Numbered from the stretch's first letter, positions 30,202 through 40,956 are shown. The stretch is DNA of 64,000 nucleotides from Nitrosopumilus sp. (GCA_965218785.1 OZ244650.1:640001-704000), one strand, 5' to 3'. Numbers and translations are program-made. The notes: generated by a model from the sequence alone, not told the origin.

Positions 30202-33200
30202 TTGCCAAAAAACGAGTCGTTAAAGAAAATCCTTGTACTGGGAAGCGGGGCAATCAAAATCGGGGAGGCAGGGGAGTTTGATTATTCTGGAAGCCAGTGC
30301 CTCAAGGCAATACATGAAGACGGATTGAAAAGCGTGTTAATCAATCCAAACATTGCAACGATTCAGACTGATACCAGATTTGCAGACCAGGTGTATCTTC
30401 TTCCAGTCAATCCCGAGTATGTGGAATCCATCATTGAAAAAGAGAGACCCGATGGAGTCATGCTGGCATACGGCGGACAGACTGCATTGAACTGCGGCGT
30501 TAAATTAGATGAATCAGGCATTCTCCAAAAGTATGGCATCTCCGTACTTGGAACCCAGATCAAGGGCATCAAGAGGACTGAAGACAGGCAGCTCTTCAAG
30601 GATTCCATGAAGGAGGCAGGAGTGCCCGTACTCCGGAGTAAGACGGTCACAAACTTTGATGATGCCAAGGGGGCAGCTGAAGAGCTGTGCTATCCTGTAA
30701 TTATCCGGGTGGCATACACGCTTGGCGGACGGGGCGGGGGGGTCGCCCATAATGAAATTGAGCTTCATGAGATAGTCGAGCGTGGCATCAATGCCAGTCT
30801 TGTCGGCCAGGTTCTAATTGAGGAATACATTGGAGATTGGAAACAGATTGAATATGAGGTAATGCAGGACTATGGTGGAAACAACGTAATTGTCTGCAAC
30901 ATGGAAAACGTCCTCTCAATGAAGGTTCATACCGGTGATAACATCGTAGTTGCCCCATCACAAACCATTGACAACCATGAATACCACATGTTGCGTTCTG
31001 CGGCATTACGTGCAACAAAACATGTCGGAATAGTCGGTGAATGCAACATCCAGTATGCGCTGACCACCGATTCTGACAGATATGTTGCAATTGAAATCAA
31101 TCCGCGGCTTTCACGCTCATCGGCTCTTGCCAGCAAGGCAACAGGCTATCCGCTTGCATACATGTCTGCAAAGATCGGGCTGGGATACAATTTATCAGAA
31201 CTGATAAACAGGATTACAAAGTGCACTACGGCGTGTTTTGAGCCATCACTTGACTACATCGTATGCAAGCATCCCAGGTGGGATTTTGCAAAATTTGAAC
31301 TTGTAAACCGGAAACTTGGACCCACAATGAAATCAGTCGGTGAAGTCATGGCAATTGGCAGGACCTTTGAGGAATCACTTCAAAAATCAATCCGCATGCT
31401 CGATATTGGAAATGACGGGCTTGTTCTAAACCGTTCTAATGGAAAAACATACACCGAAGAAGAAATTGAGGACAAACTCTCCCATCATGATGATCAAATC
31501 CTGTATAACGTCGCAATTGCCCTGAAAATGGGGGTGTCAGTCAAGAAAATTTACAAACTCTCCACAATTGATCCCTGGTTTGTTGAAAAGATAAAAAACA
31601 TCGTTGATGTTGAATCAAGACTGAAGGAATCGGATCTTGATGAACCCCTTCTCTGGCATGCCAAAAAGATGGGTTTTTCAGACAAGCAAATTGCCCGCTC
31701 CAAAGGCAAAACCCCTGATGACATACGCGGTCTGCGCAAGAAACTGGGCATCACGCCTTTTGTAAAACAGATCGACACACTTGCTGCCGAATGGCCTGCC
31801 GTTACCAACTACCTGTATCTGACATATGGGGGGGACTCTCATGATATTGAGGTTCCCGCCGATGAGAAGGGAGTCATCGTCATTGGAGCAGGACCCTACA
31901 GAATTGGCAGCAGCGTGGAGTTTGACTGGGGTACTGTCAACATGGTTTGGGGGTTGCAAGAAAACGGTGAAAAAAACATCACAGTAGTAAACTGTAATCC
32001 TGAAACCGTATCTACTGACTATGATATCTGCACACGGCTGTACTTTGAGGAACTAACACAGGAACGCCTTTTGGATATCACCGAATTTGAAAATCCCAAA
32101 GGCGTCATTACCTGTGTCGGCGGTCAGACTGCAAACAGTCTGACTCCCGGTCTTGCACAACACGGTATCAACATTATGGGGACTAGCGCAGATGATGTTG
32201 ACCGTGCAGAAGACCGTTCAAAGTTTAGTGCCGAACTTGACAAGCTGCATATTCAACAGCCGCGCTGGCAGGCATTTTCAAATCTTATCGAGGCAAAAAA
32301 CTTTGCACAAAAAGTCGGGTTTCCCGTAATTGTCAGGCCCTCCTATGTTCTGTCCGGGGCCGCAATGAAAGTCGTGTGGTCTCAGGCCGAATTAAAGATG
32401 TATGTAAAGGAAGCCACCGATGTCTCGCCTGATCACCCTGTTGTAATATCAAAATTCATGCTGGACTCGCTTGAAGTGGACGTTGATGGAATCAGTAATG
32501 GAAAACAAGTTATCATTGGCGCCATAGTAGAACACATTGACAGTGCCGGGGTACATTCGGGCGATGCAATGATGTGCATTCCACCATGGCGTCTAAGTAA
32601 TAAAACCATTGAGACGATAAACGATTATACAAAAAAGATTGCGCTGACTTTTAATGTCAAGGGCCCGTTCAACCTGCAATTTTTAATTCATGATGACCGC
32701 GTCTATGTGATTGAACTAAACATTCGGGCATCACGTTCCATGCCGTTTGTATCAAAACTTGTCAGAATAAATCTGATTTCACTTGCATCCAAAGCTATTT
32801 TGGACAAGCCATTACCCAAAATCCCTGAAAATAAATGGCAAAAGATCCACAATTATGGAATCAAGGTTCCACAGTTTTCTTTTATGCAGTTGGATGGTGC
32901 TGATATTAGTCTGGGAGTTGAGATGCAGTCAACTGGCGAAGCTGCTTGCTTTGGAAACAGCTTTTATGATGCGCTATCCAAGGGACTGACATCTGTTGGT
33001 TACAACCTGCCAAATAAGGGAACTGCATTAGTGACTGTCGGCGGAGCAATAAACAAGGAAAAACTCGTTCCAACCATTGCCAAACTCAGATCCCTTGGCT
33101 TTAAAATTTTGGCAACTGAACATACTGCGGAATTCTTTGAAGAGAAAATCGGGCAGATAGAAATCGTCCACAAAATCTCAGAACCCGAACGAAAACCAAA

Positions 33201-33444
33201 CATATCTGATCTTCTTTATGAACGAAAGATTGACTTTATCATAAATATTCCTAGCACTTTATCCTTGGAAAAATATGTCGGAATGCTAGATGATGAATAC
33301 CAGATAAGAAGAAAATCCTTGGAGCTGGGAATTCCCGTACTGACTACCATTGAACTAGCAGACTCTTTTGTGAAAACCCTAGAGTGGTTAAAGGATAACC
33401 AAACCACCAGGGATCCAATTGAGCCTTATGATAAAATGGAATAG
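30202..33444 (+). CDS. carB: carbamoyl-phosphate synthase large subunit
   Basis: GEFDYSG, duplicated ATP-grasp domains, C-terminal MGS domain. Confidence 0.97.
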   Translation: MPKNESLKKILVLGSGAIKIGEAGEFDYSGSQCLKAIHEDGLKSVLINPNIATIQTDTRFADQVYLLPVNPEYVESIIEKERPDGVMLAYGGQTALNCGVKLDESGILQKYGISVLGTQIKGIKRTEDRQLFKDSMKEAGVPVLRSKTVTNFDDAKGAAEELCYPVIIRVAYTLGGRGGGVAHNEIELHEIVERGINASLVGQVLIEEYIGDWKQIEYEVMQDYGGNNVIVCNMENVLSMKVHTGDNIVVAPSQTIDNHEYHMLRSAALRATKHVGIVGECNIQYALTTDSDRYVAIEINPRLSRSSALASKATGYPLAYMSAKIGLGYNLSELINRITKCTTACFEPSLDYIVCKHPRWDFAKFELVNRKLGPTMKSVGEVMAIGRTFEESLQKSIRMLDIGNDGLVLNRSNGKTYTEEEIEDKLSHHDDQILYNVAIALKMGVSVKKIYKLSTIDPWFVEKIKNIVDVESRLKESDLDEPLLWHAKKMGFSDKQIARSKGKTPDDIRGLRKKLGITPFVKQIDTLAAEWPAVTNYLYLTYGGDSHDIEVPADEKGVIVIGAGPYRIGSSVEFDWGTVNMVWGLQENGEKNITVVNCNPETVSTDYDICTRLYFEELTQERLLDITEFENPKGVITCVGGQTANSLTPGLAQHGINIMGTSADDVDRAEDRSKFSAELDKLHIQQPRWQAFSNLIEAKNFAQKVGFPVIVRPSYVLSGAAMKVVWSQAELKMYVKEATDVSPDHPVVISKFMLDSLEVDVDGISNGKQVIIGAIVEHIDSAGVHSGDAMMCIPPWRLSNKTIETINDYTKKIALTFNVKGPFNLQFLIHDDRVYVIELNIRASRSMPFVSKLVRINLISLASKAILDKPLPKIPENKWQKIHNYGIKVPQFSFMQLDGADISLGVEMQSTGEAACFGNSFYDALSKGLTSVGYNLPNKGTALVTVGGAINKEKLVPTIAKLRSLGFKILATEHTAEFFEEKIGQIEIVHKISEPERKPNISDLLYERKIDFIINIPSTLSLEKYVGMLDDEYQIRRKSLELGIPVLTTIELADSFVKTLEWLKDNQTTRDPIEPYDKME

Positions 33445-33651
33445 CTGAAAAACACAAACGTGATTTTGCTGATAATTAACGATCATATGAGATTGACAGG
33501 ATGTTTTTCATTGGTGTGTGTATGCCGGGCAAGGAACAACAAGCACACATCTGTTTGGATCTGATCTCTAGGCTAATTTCCTGTCATTATATAATGAAGC
33601 ATCCTTTACAATTAATGTTTATAAAGGGTGGGGGGCGGAGCAAAACATACA

Positions 33652-35643
33652 ATGTTACAATATACCCTTATCGCAATGGCAGCATGCCTTGTTGTGTTAT
33701 CTGCAGTAGTGGTACCTATGGCATATGCGCAGGTAGCGATAGATACTCGAATCATATACGGACCAGACGCTAATGATGATGATCCAAATACACCATATGG
33801 TCCTGATCAAAATGATAGATTCCTTGTATTCTCTGGTAGCGAACACACGAATATAGATGCGTTTGGAGGAATTAGACACAGTTCATATGATATACAATAT
33901 ATCACTGCAGAGATTCGTCTACAGAATGTGCATACCGGTTCTGTCAATTATGCGCAACGGGTCTCAATTGATACCGCACCTGGATTTACCCTTGATAAAT
34001 GGGCCATAAGAATAACTGGTCCTGACGATACGCACCGTTATTTATCCTGGAAGTGTGATGAACCACCTCCATTTAATGGAGATAGTATGAGTGCCTCGCC
34101 TCTAGGGGTTGGTTCTAGCGTTCCTGAGGTTTTCAAATTTCTCCCATACGCGAGAGTCATCACAGAGATACATGACAATGGTACTGAACGTGACCTCTGT
34201 ATTGCACCAGAGGGCTTGGAAATTAATCCACGTTATGAAAGATCTAGTACGGGTGGTACAAATGTAGGTGGTGTACCTATGTTTGATCCTGTACCCGCAT
34301 ATACTTCGCCAGACGGATGGGAAATAAAACAGGAATCTATAGACAACATCAACATAATGTATCCTGAAAACGGAACTAGCATAGTATTAACTGCACAAGC
34401 ATTTGGTGCTAGCGGTGCTGGTGCTACTCTTCGTCTTGGAGACGCATTAACAACCGAATTTGTTGGCACAGTCACATATCATGAAGATGGTGACCATACA
34501 GGAAACGCAGTTGCAGCCCTGTCTACAAGCTGTTCCGGGATACCAGAGTTTATAGGTACTGGTGAGGATAGGATGCCAATTGGCAACGAGTTTTGTGACA
34601 GACCTCACACGCGTGGACTAGGACCAATAGCTCCACGAAGTGGCGGTGGCGGCGGTGACAGCGGCAACATTGATCAGTCAAGACCACACTTTGGCAAGTC
34701 CCCACTGAAACAAAACCAGCTAGTCTCCTGTGGATTCAGCATGGACGGCACATGCCGTGATGTGATGGAGTACCACACGGAATACCAGAGACAGACGATA
34801 CAGGCAGGTACAGTACACGACTTTACACTAAAACCATACAGCAACTACCCATTACAGATGCTCCAGCTGGGATTCGGCGTAGAGGAGGTGGGAGCATCGA
34901 TAAACACTGCTGAGGCACTAATCGTAGTAGAATTATCCCAGGACTCTAAATCTGATACGGGATATGCAATAGAATCAGTAGATACGCAAAACAACCTAGA
35001 GAATGTAATTGATGTCGTGGATGAATCAAACATATCACTTAGTACAGAGTCCTGTATAGAGGGTATTGAAAAGGACTGTCTTGTGGTCCACATTAACGAT
35101 GTAATGTTCCGTGACGTGTTTTATTCAGAACCATTTGTAATTGAAGTAGTTGATACCAAGAGACTCTCCTCTACAAACTATCTTAATGAGGGACTGGCCA
35201 TAGTCGGAGAATCGCTAAATGCCCCGCCGGAATACACCTTCCATACCGGTAAAAAGATAGAGGGCAGTAATGTTCAGGTGCTGGATCTGGTAAGAACAGA
35301 CAAGGTAAAAGACATTTGGACTGACAACAACGGCAACACCTGGACCCAAAACGATCATGATACCTGGTTACAATTAACACGCACGCCATATGTGGAACCA
35401 AAAGATTCTACAATGTCTGTCATGACCCGAATCAACAACAACTTTGATGAGCTAGTACGATACGAGGCAGAGCGTGCAGTGCTGGTGTGGGATAGCAGCA
35501 GCATACAGAGCACGCCGGATCCGGCATTTTCCTACCAGTACAACGCCAGAATTGACAAGTTAAATGATCCCGAGATAATACAAAAGATGCAAAGCGAGGC
35601 CGCAAAGGCGCTGTATCTGCTAGAAAAGGATCAAACGCGTTAG
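33652..35643 (+). CDS. secreted protein: Cys-containing N-terminal domain, Gly linker, C-terminal module
   Basis: Signal peptide MLQYTLIA...PMAYA|Q; SGGGGGD linker; TTTATAAA box at 33618-33625. Confidence 0.85.
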   Translation: MLQYTLIAMAACLVVLSAVVVPMAYAQVAIDTRIIYGPDANDDDPNTPYGPDQNDRFLVFSGSEHTNIDAFGGIRHSSYDIQYITAEIRLQNVHTGSVNYAQRVSIDTAPGFTLDKWAIRITGPDDTHRYLSWKCDEPPPFNGDSMSASPLGVGSSVPEVFKFLPYARVITEIHDNGTERDLCIAPEGLEINPRYERSSTGGTNVGGVPMFDPVPAYTSPDGWEIKQESIDNINIMYPENGTSIVLTAQAFGASGAGATLRLGDALTTEFVGTVTYHEDGDHTGNAVAALSTSCSGIPEFIGTGEDRMPIGNEFCDRPHTRGLGPIAPRSGGGGGDSGNIDQSRPHFGKSPLKQNQLVSCGFSMDGTCRDVMEYHTEYQRQTIQAGTVHDFTLKPYSNYPLQMLQLGFGVEEVGASINTAEALIVVELSQDSKSDTGYAIESVDTQNNLENVIDVVDESNISLSTESCIEGIEKDCLVVHINDVMFRDVFYSEPFVIEVVDTKRLSSTNYLNEGLAIVGESLNAPPEYTFHTGKKIEGSNVQVLDLVRTDKVKDIWTDNNGNTWTQNDHDTWLQLTRTPYVEPKDSTMSVMTRINNNFDELVRYEAERAVLVWDSSSIQSTPDPAFSYQYNARIDKLNDPEIIQKMQSEAAKALYLLEKDQTR

Positions 35644-35851
35644 GCTATCTGATTCCCAGAAAAATTATTAGTCTGGTCTTTACCAACTGACTGATCGCAT
35701 ACGTGCATTAGTAGACTGTTTTCAGAATATGTTATACCAAAGTATGTATTTTCCTAGCATGCTAACTGACTGAGATGTACAAATAACCTGAAAATTAGAT
35801 GAAAGGATATGTGTATGTGAATTAGCCGACAATTTTTTGCACAAAATTTGA

Positions 35852-36604
35852 TTAAATCACCTGTTCTATTATTGACTCATTTCCAATAATGGAACCATCA
35901 AGCGTAACTATTCTTGCAGCAGATACTGATTTTATCCTGTCAATTATGGGGGAGATTGATTTTTTGTATTTTTTCCTTCGAGTCGCATAAAAATACCTGT
36001 TAAATGAGGGAATTATGATGATCTCCAACTCCCCTGATTTGTCTGGAAAAATTTTCTCCTTTTGGGTTTTTAATGATACCCACACTCTTTGCCCATTTAC
36101 TACAGAGTCTTCTTGAAAAAATACAGGATGTACATGGCCCATAATAATTTTATCTACATGTGAAAAGTTCCCTGAAGGCATTGTATGCCCGTGTGTTAAC
36201 AGCACATTTTCTTCAACCATTCCAGTTGAGCTAATCAAGGAAATATTTTCAGGAATCAGCCTCTGGATATTCCCATCATGATTTCCAGGAACTAAAATTA
36301 CGTCACATCTCTCCCTAATCTTTTCAAAAAACATTGGAACCTCGTCCCATTCATTTTTTGAGATGCTCTTTATGCTTGATTTTACATCCCCTAACAGAAT
36401 CACCGCGTCTGGATTTTCCACGTCAATAATTCCCAAAAGATCCTGAATTGTTTCCTGAATTGTAGAGTTTTTACCTATGAAAATCTCATTTGCACTCATA
36501 CTGCTTTCAAAGCCTATGTGGATGTCTGTAACGACTAGATACTTCCTTTTGCCCTCTAGAATCAGTGCCGGTTTTGAGGGAACCGGCCTTGTTTGCAACA
36601 TCAA
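35852..36604 (-). CDS. metallophosphoesterase (calcineurin-like)
   Basis: DIHIG, LLGD, GNHD, THGH, GHVHP motifs. Confidence 0.92.
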   Translation of the reverse strand: MMLQTRPVPSKPALILEGKRKYLVVTDIHIGFESSMSANEIFIGKNSTIQETIQDLLGIIDVENPDAVILLGDVKSSIKSISKNEWDEVPMFFEKIRERCDVILVPGNHDGNIQRLIPENISLISSTGMVEENVLLTHGHTMPSGNFSHVDKIIMGHVHPVFFQEDSVVNGQRVWVSLKTQKEKIFPDKSGELEIIIIPSFNRYFYATRRKKYKKSISPIIDRIKSVSAARIVTLDGSIIGNESIIEQVI

Positions 36605-36635
36605 AGTTATACCTCAGGTATGTGATTAAATCCTT

Positions 36636-36959
36636 GTGAATGTAAATTCGGAGAAAATAGAGTCGACTGTATCTGAAAAGCGTGTAAAATTACATGTTTT
36701 TGAGCCCAGTAAAAGAAGGATCTGGACGATTGTAGGAAAAGAAAAGGAATACTGGCTTGATCCTACGGGCAGTTATTGTTCCTGCCCTGCATTCTATTTT
36801 GGCAAATTAAACGGAAAAGATTCCTGCTATCATCTGGAATCTGCCAGGTTGGCTTGCAATGAAGAGAGTTTTGAAAAAATCAGTTTTGCTGATGTCGAAT
36901 TTTCAGATTTTATTTCCGGATTAATTTCAGATCTTCAATTCGAACGTGTTAATAACTAG
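36636..36959 (+). CDS. SWIM zinc-finger protein
   Basis: CSCPAF...CYH motif. Confidence 0.85.
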   Translation: MNVNSEKIESTVSEKRVKLHVFEPSKRRIWTIVGKEKEYWLDPTGSYCSCPAFYFGKLNGKDSCYHLESARLACNEESFEKISFADVEFSDFISGLISDLQFERVNN

Positions 36960-36976
36960 AAATTTCACTGAAAGTT

Positions 36977-37228
36977 ATGGATGAGGCACAGCGCAACTCT
37001 GCAATTGAAAAGATTGCAAATCAAATGATTCATGATGACCTGCCCGTAGATGAACAAGACGCCTCAAAATTAGAAAAATACAAAAACCGAATCAAAAATG
37101 ACTGTGATCTTGGTGATGAGGATGCAGCAAAACTAGTTTATGAAGCACTTCTTTACAGGAAATTAAAAAATTCTGATTCTGGAGATATATTAGAAAAAGG
37201 TAATGACTTTGGAGCTGGATTTAGCTGA
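36977..37228 (+). CDS. hypothetical protein
   Basis: 83-aa ORF with normal composition. Confidence 0.8.
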   Translation: MDEAQRNSAIEKIANQMIHDDLPVDEQDASKLEKYKNRIKNDCDLGDEDAAKLVYEALLYRKLKNSDSGDILEKGNDFGAGFS

Positions 37229-37233
37229 GGCTA

Positions 37234-37530
37234 CTATAGTGGGATGGTCTCAATATCGTCTTTTGAAACACCCTTCCAAAGACCGATCATTCCTTCTGGT
37301 TCTACCTCTTCGACCTTGGTGATTTGTTGAATCTTGATATGATCTGGGTTTGGAGGCATCCATAACATTGCCATGTAATCTCCGATACTCCCAACCTTGC
37401 TTGGCAGGGCCATGATGACCTTGTCTTTTACAAATCCTTTTCCGGTGAGTGCATTCATTGCCTTTTCATTTAGATCCATCCTTCCATGTAGGAATAGATA
37501 GACGTCTTTTCCTGTATCAATTTCTGTCAT
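37234..37530 (-). CDS. hypothetical protein
   Basis: 98-aa ORF. Confidence 0.8.
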   Translation of the reverse strand: MTEIDTGKDVYLFLHGRMDLNEKAMNALTGKGFVKDKVIMALPSKVGSIGDYMAMLWMPPNPDHIKIQQITKVEEVEPEGMIGLWKGVSKDDIETIPL

Positions 37531-37690
37531 GAATTACGTGGTTTTTTAAGCTAAATCAACCTTGCTGATGGGTCTTGTGAATAAAAAACGAAATTCAGCT
37601 GGTGCTTGATGCCATTGGCACGATATGTTTGGAACTCTGATCTGATTAATGCCAAAAAGGGTTAAATTAGAATGAACAAAAATTCTAACT

Positions 37691-37984
37691 ATGAAAATCT
37701 TTACCGTAGGAAGCAAGTCCTTTGTAACTAGTTTTCAACTGGCCGGAGTTCCAGGAATTATCTCTGGTACCCCACAAAACGCCCTGCAAGAAATTACAAA
37801 ATTGACAGATGATTCTGATGTGGGACTAATTCTTGTCAGTGATGATATTACCAAGGAAATCAACGATGAATTGACCGCACTACGATCTGAGAAATCCACT
37901 CTTGTTTTTGCATTGCCTGCAGCTGGAAGTGAAAAGACCGAAGTTGATTACAGGGTAATGCTCAAGAAGATTCTTGGTGTATGA
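37691..37984 (+). CDS. atpF: A/V-type ATP synthase subunit F
   Basis: MKIFTVG...SFQLAGV...DVGLILV...KKILGV. Confidence 0.88.
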   Translation: MKIFTVGSKSFVTSFQLAGVPGIISGTPQNALQEITKLTDDSDVGLILVSDDITKEINDELTALRSEKSTLVFALPAAGSEKTEVDYRVMLKKILGV

Positions 37985-38024
37985 TCTTTTAATCTACTTA
38001 TAATCAACATTCTGATGTTTTAGC

Positions 38025-39053
38025 ATGAAAACTGCATCTATTAAAGAACCCTCGATAATCTCTGTTGATGAAACAGAAAAACCCACCCTGAACTCTGGTG
38101 ATATTTTAGTTCAGATGCAAGCCTGTGGAATTTGTGGTTCTGATTTGGAAAAAGTATTTGGTCAGTATGGACGGCCGTCCATGCAGTTAGGCCATGAACC
38201 TGCCGGAATAATTTTGGATGTTGGATCTGATGTATCAGAATTCAAAAAGGGTGATCGGGTGTTTACCCATCATCATGTTCCTTGTTATGATTGCCACCTG
38301 TGTAATCATGACAATGAAACAATGTGTCCAAAATACTCTGAAACAAATCTCGTGCCATGTGGTCTATCCGAACAATACGTTGTACCTGCTTGGAATGTTT
38401 CCCACGGCGGTGTTCTCAAAATTTCTGATTCCCTAAGTTTTGAAGAGGCTGCCATGATTGAACCCCTTGCATGCTGTGTGAGGGCATGGAGAAAATATCC
38501 TTATCAAGAAGGCAATTCAATTGCAATTTTTGGCGTAGGTCCGACAGGAATGATGCATGTAATGCTGGCACATGCTAAAAAATTCTCCAAAATCATCTGT
38601 TTTGATGTCAATGATTTCAGGTTGGATTTTGCAAAAAAATTCAATGTTACTGAATCAATTAGTTTTATGGATGAAAACAGAAAACAAAAGATTCTGGATC
38701 ATACTGATAACAGGGGAGTAGACGTGGCAATTGTTGCAACTAGCAGTATGGGGGCTTTGGAGGATGCAATTGACATGGTAAGAAAAGGCGGTGCAGTTAT
38801 GATGTTTGGTGTTCCTTCAAAAGGTGCCAGATTGGATTTAGATATGAGTAAAATCTACTCCAAAGGAGTTACCCTTGTTACTAGCTATGCTGCTTCTGAT
38901 AAAGACACCAAAGAAGCACTAAAACTCATAGAGTCTTCCCAAATTAATGTTAAAGAACTAATCACCCATACATATCCTATTGCCGATTCCCAAAAAGCGT
39001 TTAATCATGCGCGCAGCGGTAATGACGCGATGAAAATAATCATCACAAAATAA
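38025..39053 (+). CDS. zinc-dependent (MDR) dehydrogenase
   Basis: GICGSD, GHE, CxxCxxC...C, GVGPTG. Confidence 0.93.
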   Translation: MKTASIKEPSIISVDETEKPTLNSGDILVQMQACGICGSDLEKVFGQYGRPSMQLGHEPAGIILDVGSDVSEFKKGDRVFTHHHVPCYDCHLCNHDNETMCPKYSETNLVPCGLSEQYVVPAWNVSHGGVLKISDSLSFEEAAMIEPLACCVRAWRKYPYQEGNSIAIFGVGPTGMMHVMLAHAKKFSKIICFDVNDFRLDFAKKFNVTESISFMDENRKQKILDHTDNRGVDVAIVATSSMGALEDAIDMVRKGGAVMMFGVPSKGARLDLDMSKIYSKGVTLVTSYAASDKDTKEALKLIESSQINVKELITHTYPIADSQKAFNHARSGNDAMKIIITK

Positions 39054-39090
39054 GAAAGGCTTAAGAAAGGTATTTCAAAATCGAAGAGAC

Positions 39091-40377
39091 ATGGATTGGG
39101 GATTAAAAAATCGACTGTCTGGCATTATTAAACCGCAAGATAATCGTGCGTTAATGCTGGCAGTTGATCACGGGTATTTCCTTGGACCTACTGAAAAATT
39201 AGAAAACCCAAAAAAAGTAATCGGACCTCTTTTGAAATATTGCGACTCTTTGATGCTTACAAGAGGCATCCAGAGGACGTCTGTTCCTGCAACCACCGAC
39301 ACTCCGATGGTATTAAGAGTCTCTGGCGGTTCTAGCATTATCGGTGAGGATTTATCCCAAGAAGAAATTACAGTTTCTATCCGGGATGCAATTAGACTTA
39401 ACGCTAGTGCACTTGCAATGTCTATCTTTGTTGGCTCAAAATATGAACACCAGACTATTGTAAATCTTGGAAAATTAGTGAATAAGGCAGAACAATACGG
39501 GATTCCTGTTTTAGCCGTCACTGCAGTTGGAAAGGACATGGGAAAGGATGCACGATATCTGTCACTGGCATGTAGAATTGCAGCAGAACAAGGCGCACAT
39601 ATTGTTAAAACATACTATTGTGATGATTTTAGAAAAGTTGTGGAATCATGTCCTGTCCCAATTATTGTTGCAGGTGGAAAGAAAATCCCTGAACGTAATG
39701 CGTTACAATTAACATATGATTCAATCAAAGGTGGTGCAGTCGGAGTTGACATGGGTAGAAACATCTGGCAGTCAGAACATCCGGTGGCAATGATCCGTGC
39801 AGTTAGGGGCATAGTTCATGAAAATCTAGATGTTGATCAGGCATTCAATCTTTACAAGCGTCTGTCTAGTAGTAACTCAAAGAACAAACCTCAAAACAAT
39901 TCACAAAACAAACCTCAAAACAATTCACAAAACAAACCTCAAAACAATTCACAAAACAAACCTCAAAACAATTCACAAAACAAACCTCAAAACAATTCAC
40001 AAAACAAACCTCAAAACAATTCACAAAACAAACCTCAAAACAATTCACAAAACAAACCTCAAAACAATTCACAAAACAAACCTCAAAACAATTCACAAAA
40101 CAAACCTCAAAACAATTCACAAAACAAACCTCAAAACAATTCACAAAACAAACCTCAAAACAATTCACAAAACAAACCTCAAAACAATTCACAAAACAAA
40201 CCTCAAAACAATTCACAAAACAAACCTCAAAACAATTCACAAAACAAACCACAAAACAATCAACAAAACAAACCACAAAACAATCAACAAAACAAACCAC
40301 AAAACAATCAACAAAACAAACCTCAAAACAAACCACAAAACAAACCACAAAACGATCCAAACAAACCGACTGAGTAG
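39091..40377 (+). CDS. lsrF: LsrF-like class I aldolase/thiolase with N/Q-rich repeat tail
   Basis: MDWGLKNRL, AVDHGYFLGPT, VKTYYC, AGGKK, GVDMGRNIWQ. Confidence 0.88.
   Translation: MDWGLKNRLSGIIKPQDNRALMLAVDHGYFLGPTEKLENPKKVIGPLLKYCDSLMLTRGIQRTSVPATTDTPMVLRVSGGSSIIGEDLSQEEITVSIRDAIRLNASALAMSIFVGSKYEHQTIVNLGKLVNKAEQYGIPVLAVTAVGKDMGKDARYLSLACRIAAEQGAHIVKTYYCDDFRKVVESCPVPIIVAGGKKIPERNALQLTYDSIKGGAVGVDMGRNIWQSEHPVAMIRAVRGIVHENLDVDQAFNLYKRLSSSNSKNKPQNNSQNKPQNNSQNKPQNNSQNKPQNNSQNKPQNNSQNKPQNNSQNKPQNNSQNKPQNNSQNKPQNNSQNKPQNNSQNKPQNNSQNKPQNNSQNKPQNNSQNKPQNNSQNKPQNNSQNKPQNNQQNKPQNNQQNKPQNNQQNKPQNKPQNKPQNDPNKPTE
39883..40350 (+). repeat. 24-bp coding tandem repeat (NKPQNNSQ)
   Basis: 15 perfect AACAAACCTCAAAACAATTCACAA units (39883-40242), 3 variant units, then 12-bp half units. 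Confidence 0.97.
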
Positions 40378-40379
40378 AA

Positions 40380-40784
40380 CTAGACTTTTATCTGTGATAG
40401 ATGAATATGCGCAATCTTCCATGTGGGTTGTTTTACCAAGACAAATGTCGCACGTCCATTAATCGTCATATGCTCTCCGGTGTATGCCTTGTTGTCTACT
40501 AGCATTCCTTTCTGAGTTAACCCAAATGCAACAACTGCGGCATTTCCAAATATGCTGATTTTAGGATTTTTTATTTCATAAGTATAATCTGAGATACTTA
40601 TAAATCGCAATTCTTCTAATTCTATCGTTGTTTGATAGTCTTTTAGATCATATGGCGGCAAATCACTAAAACTTGAAAATTTTGGATCGTTGAGATGTAT
40701 CTCTTTTAGTGCGGATAGATCCTTTGTTATTCCAGCTTGGAACAGCGTTTCAATAATTTTTATAATTTCTGCGCTGTCTGACAA
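40380..40784 (-). CDS. SnoaL/NTF2-like protein
   Basis: GNAAVV...GRATFVLVK..WKIAHIHLS. Confidence 0.85.
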   Translation of the reverse strand: MSDSAEIIKIIETLFQAGITKDLSALKEIHLNDPKFSSFSDLPPYDLKDYQTTIELEELRFISISDYTYEIKNPKISIFGNAAVVAFGLTQKGMLVDNKAYTGEHMTINGRATFVLVKQPTWKIAHIHLSQIKV

Positions 40785-40862
40785 CTATTCATCTCAAATA
40801 CAGAAATTGGTTTAAGTCTTCTGTATGATGATGCGTAAATCACGGTCATTTTTCTGAGAATC

Positions 40863-40870
40863 TTTATTAA
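40863..40870 (+). promoter_or_regulatory. TATA box for the ilv leader transcript
   Basis: TTTATTAA about 30 nt before leader ATG 40900. Confidence 0.5.
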
Positions 40871-40899
40871 TTGTCGACTTGCCACTACATTTGATTTCA

Positions 40900-40956
40900 A
40901 TGGACACAAAATTAACTCGAATTACTAGCAAAGGCTTGCTAGTTGTACTACTGTAG
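40900..40956 (+). CDS. putative ilv-leu operon leader peptide MDTKLTRITSKGLLVVLL
   Basis: Six consecutive Leu/Val codons (TTG CTA GTT GTA CTA CTG) before TAG; ends 27 nt before the ilvB ORF; overlapping hairpins. Confidence 0.7.
   Translation: MDTKLTRITSKGLLVVLL

Noticed and set aside
37691-37984. atpF separated from the ATP synthase operon
   Set aside because: Split A-type ATPase loci are expected in this lineage; not novel
39883-40350. Possible CRISPR array
   Set aside because: Head-to-tail repeats with no spacers and no cas genes
39830-40462. Alternative-frame repeat ORFs (KTNLKTIH)n and (FVNCFEVC)n
   Set aside because: Open only because the 24-bp unit has no stop codons; the lsrF frame explains the region
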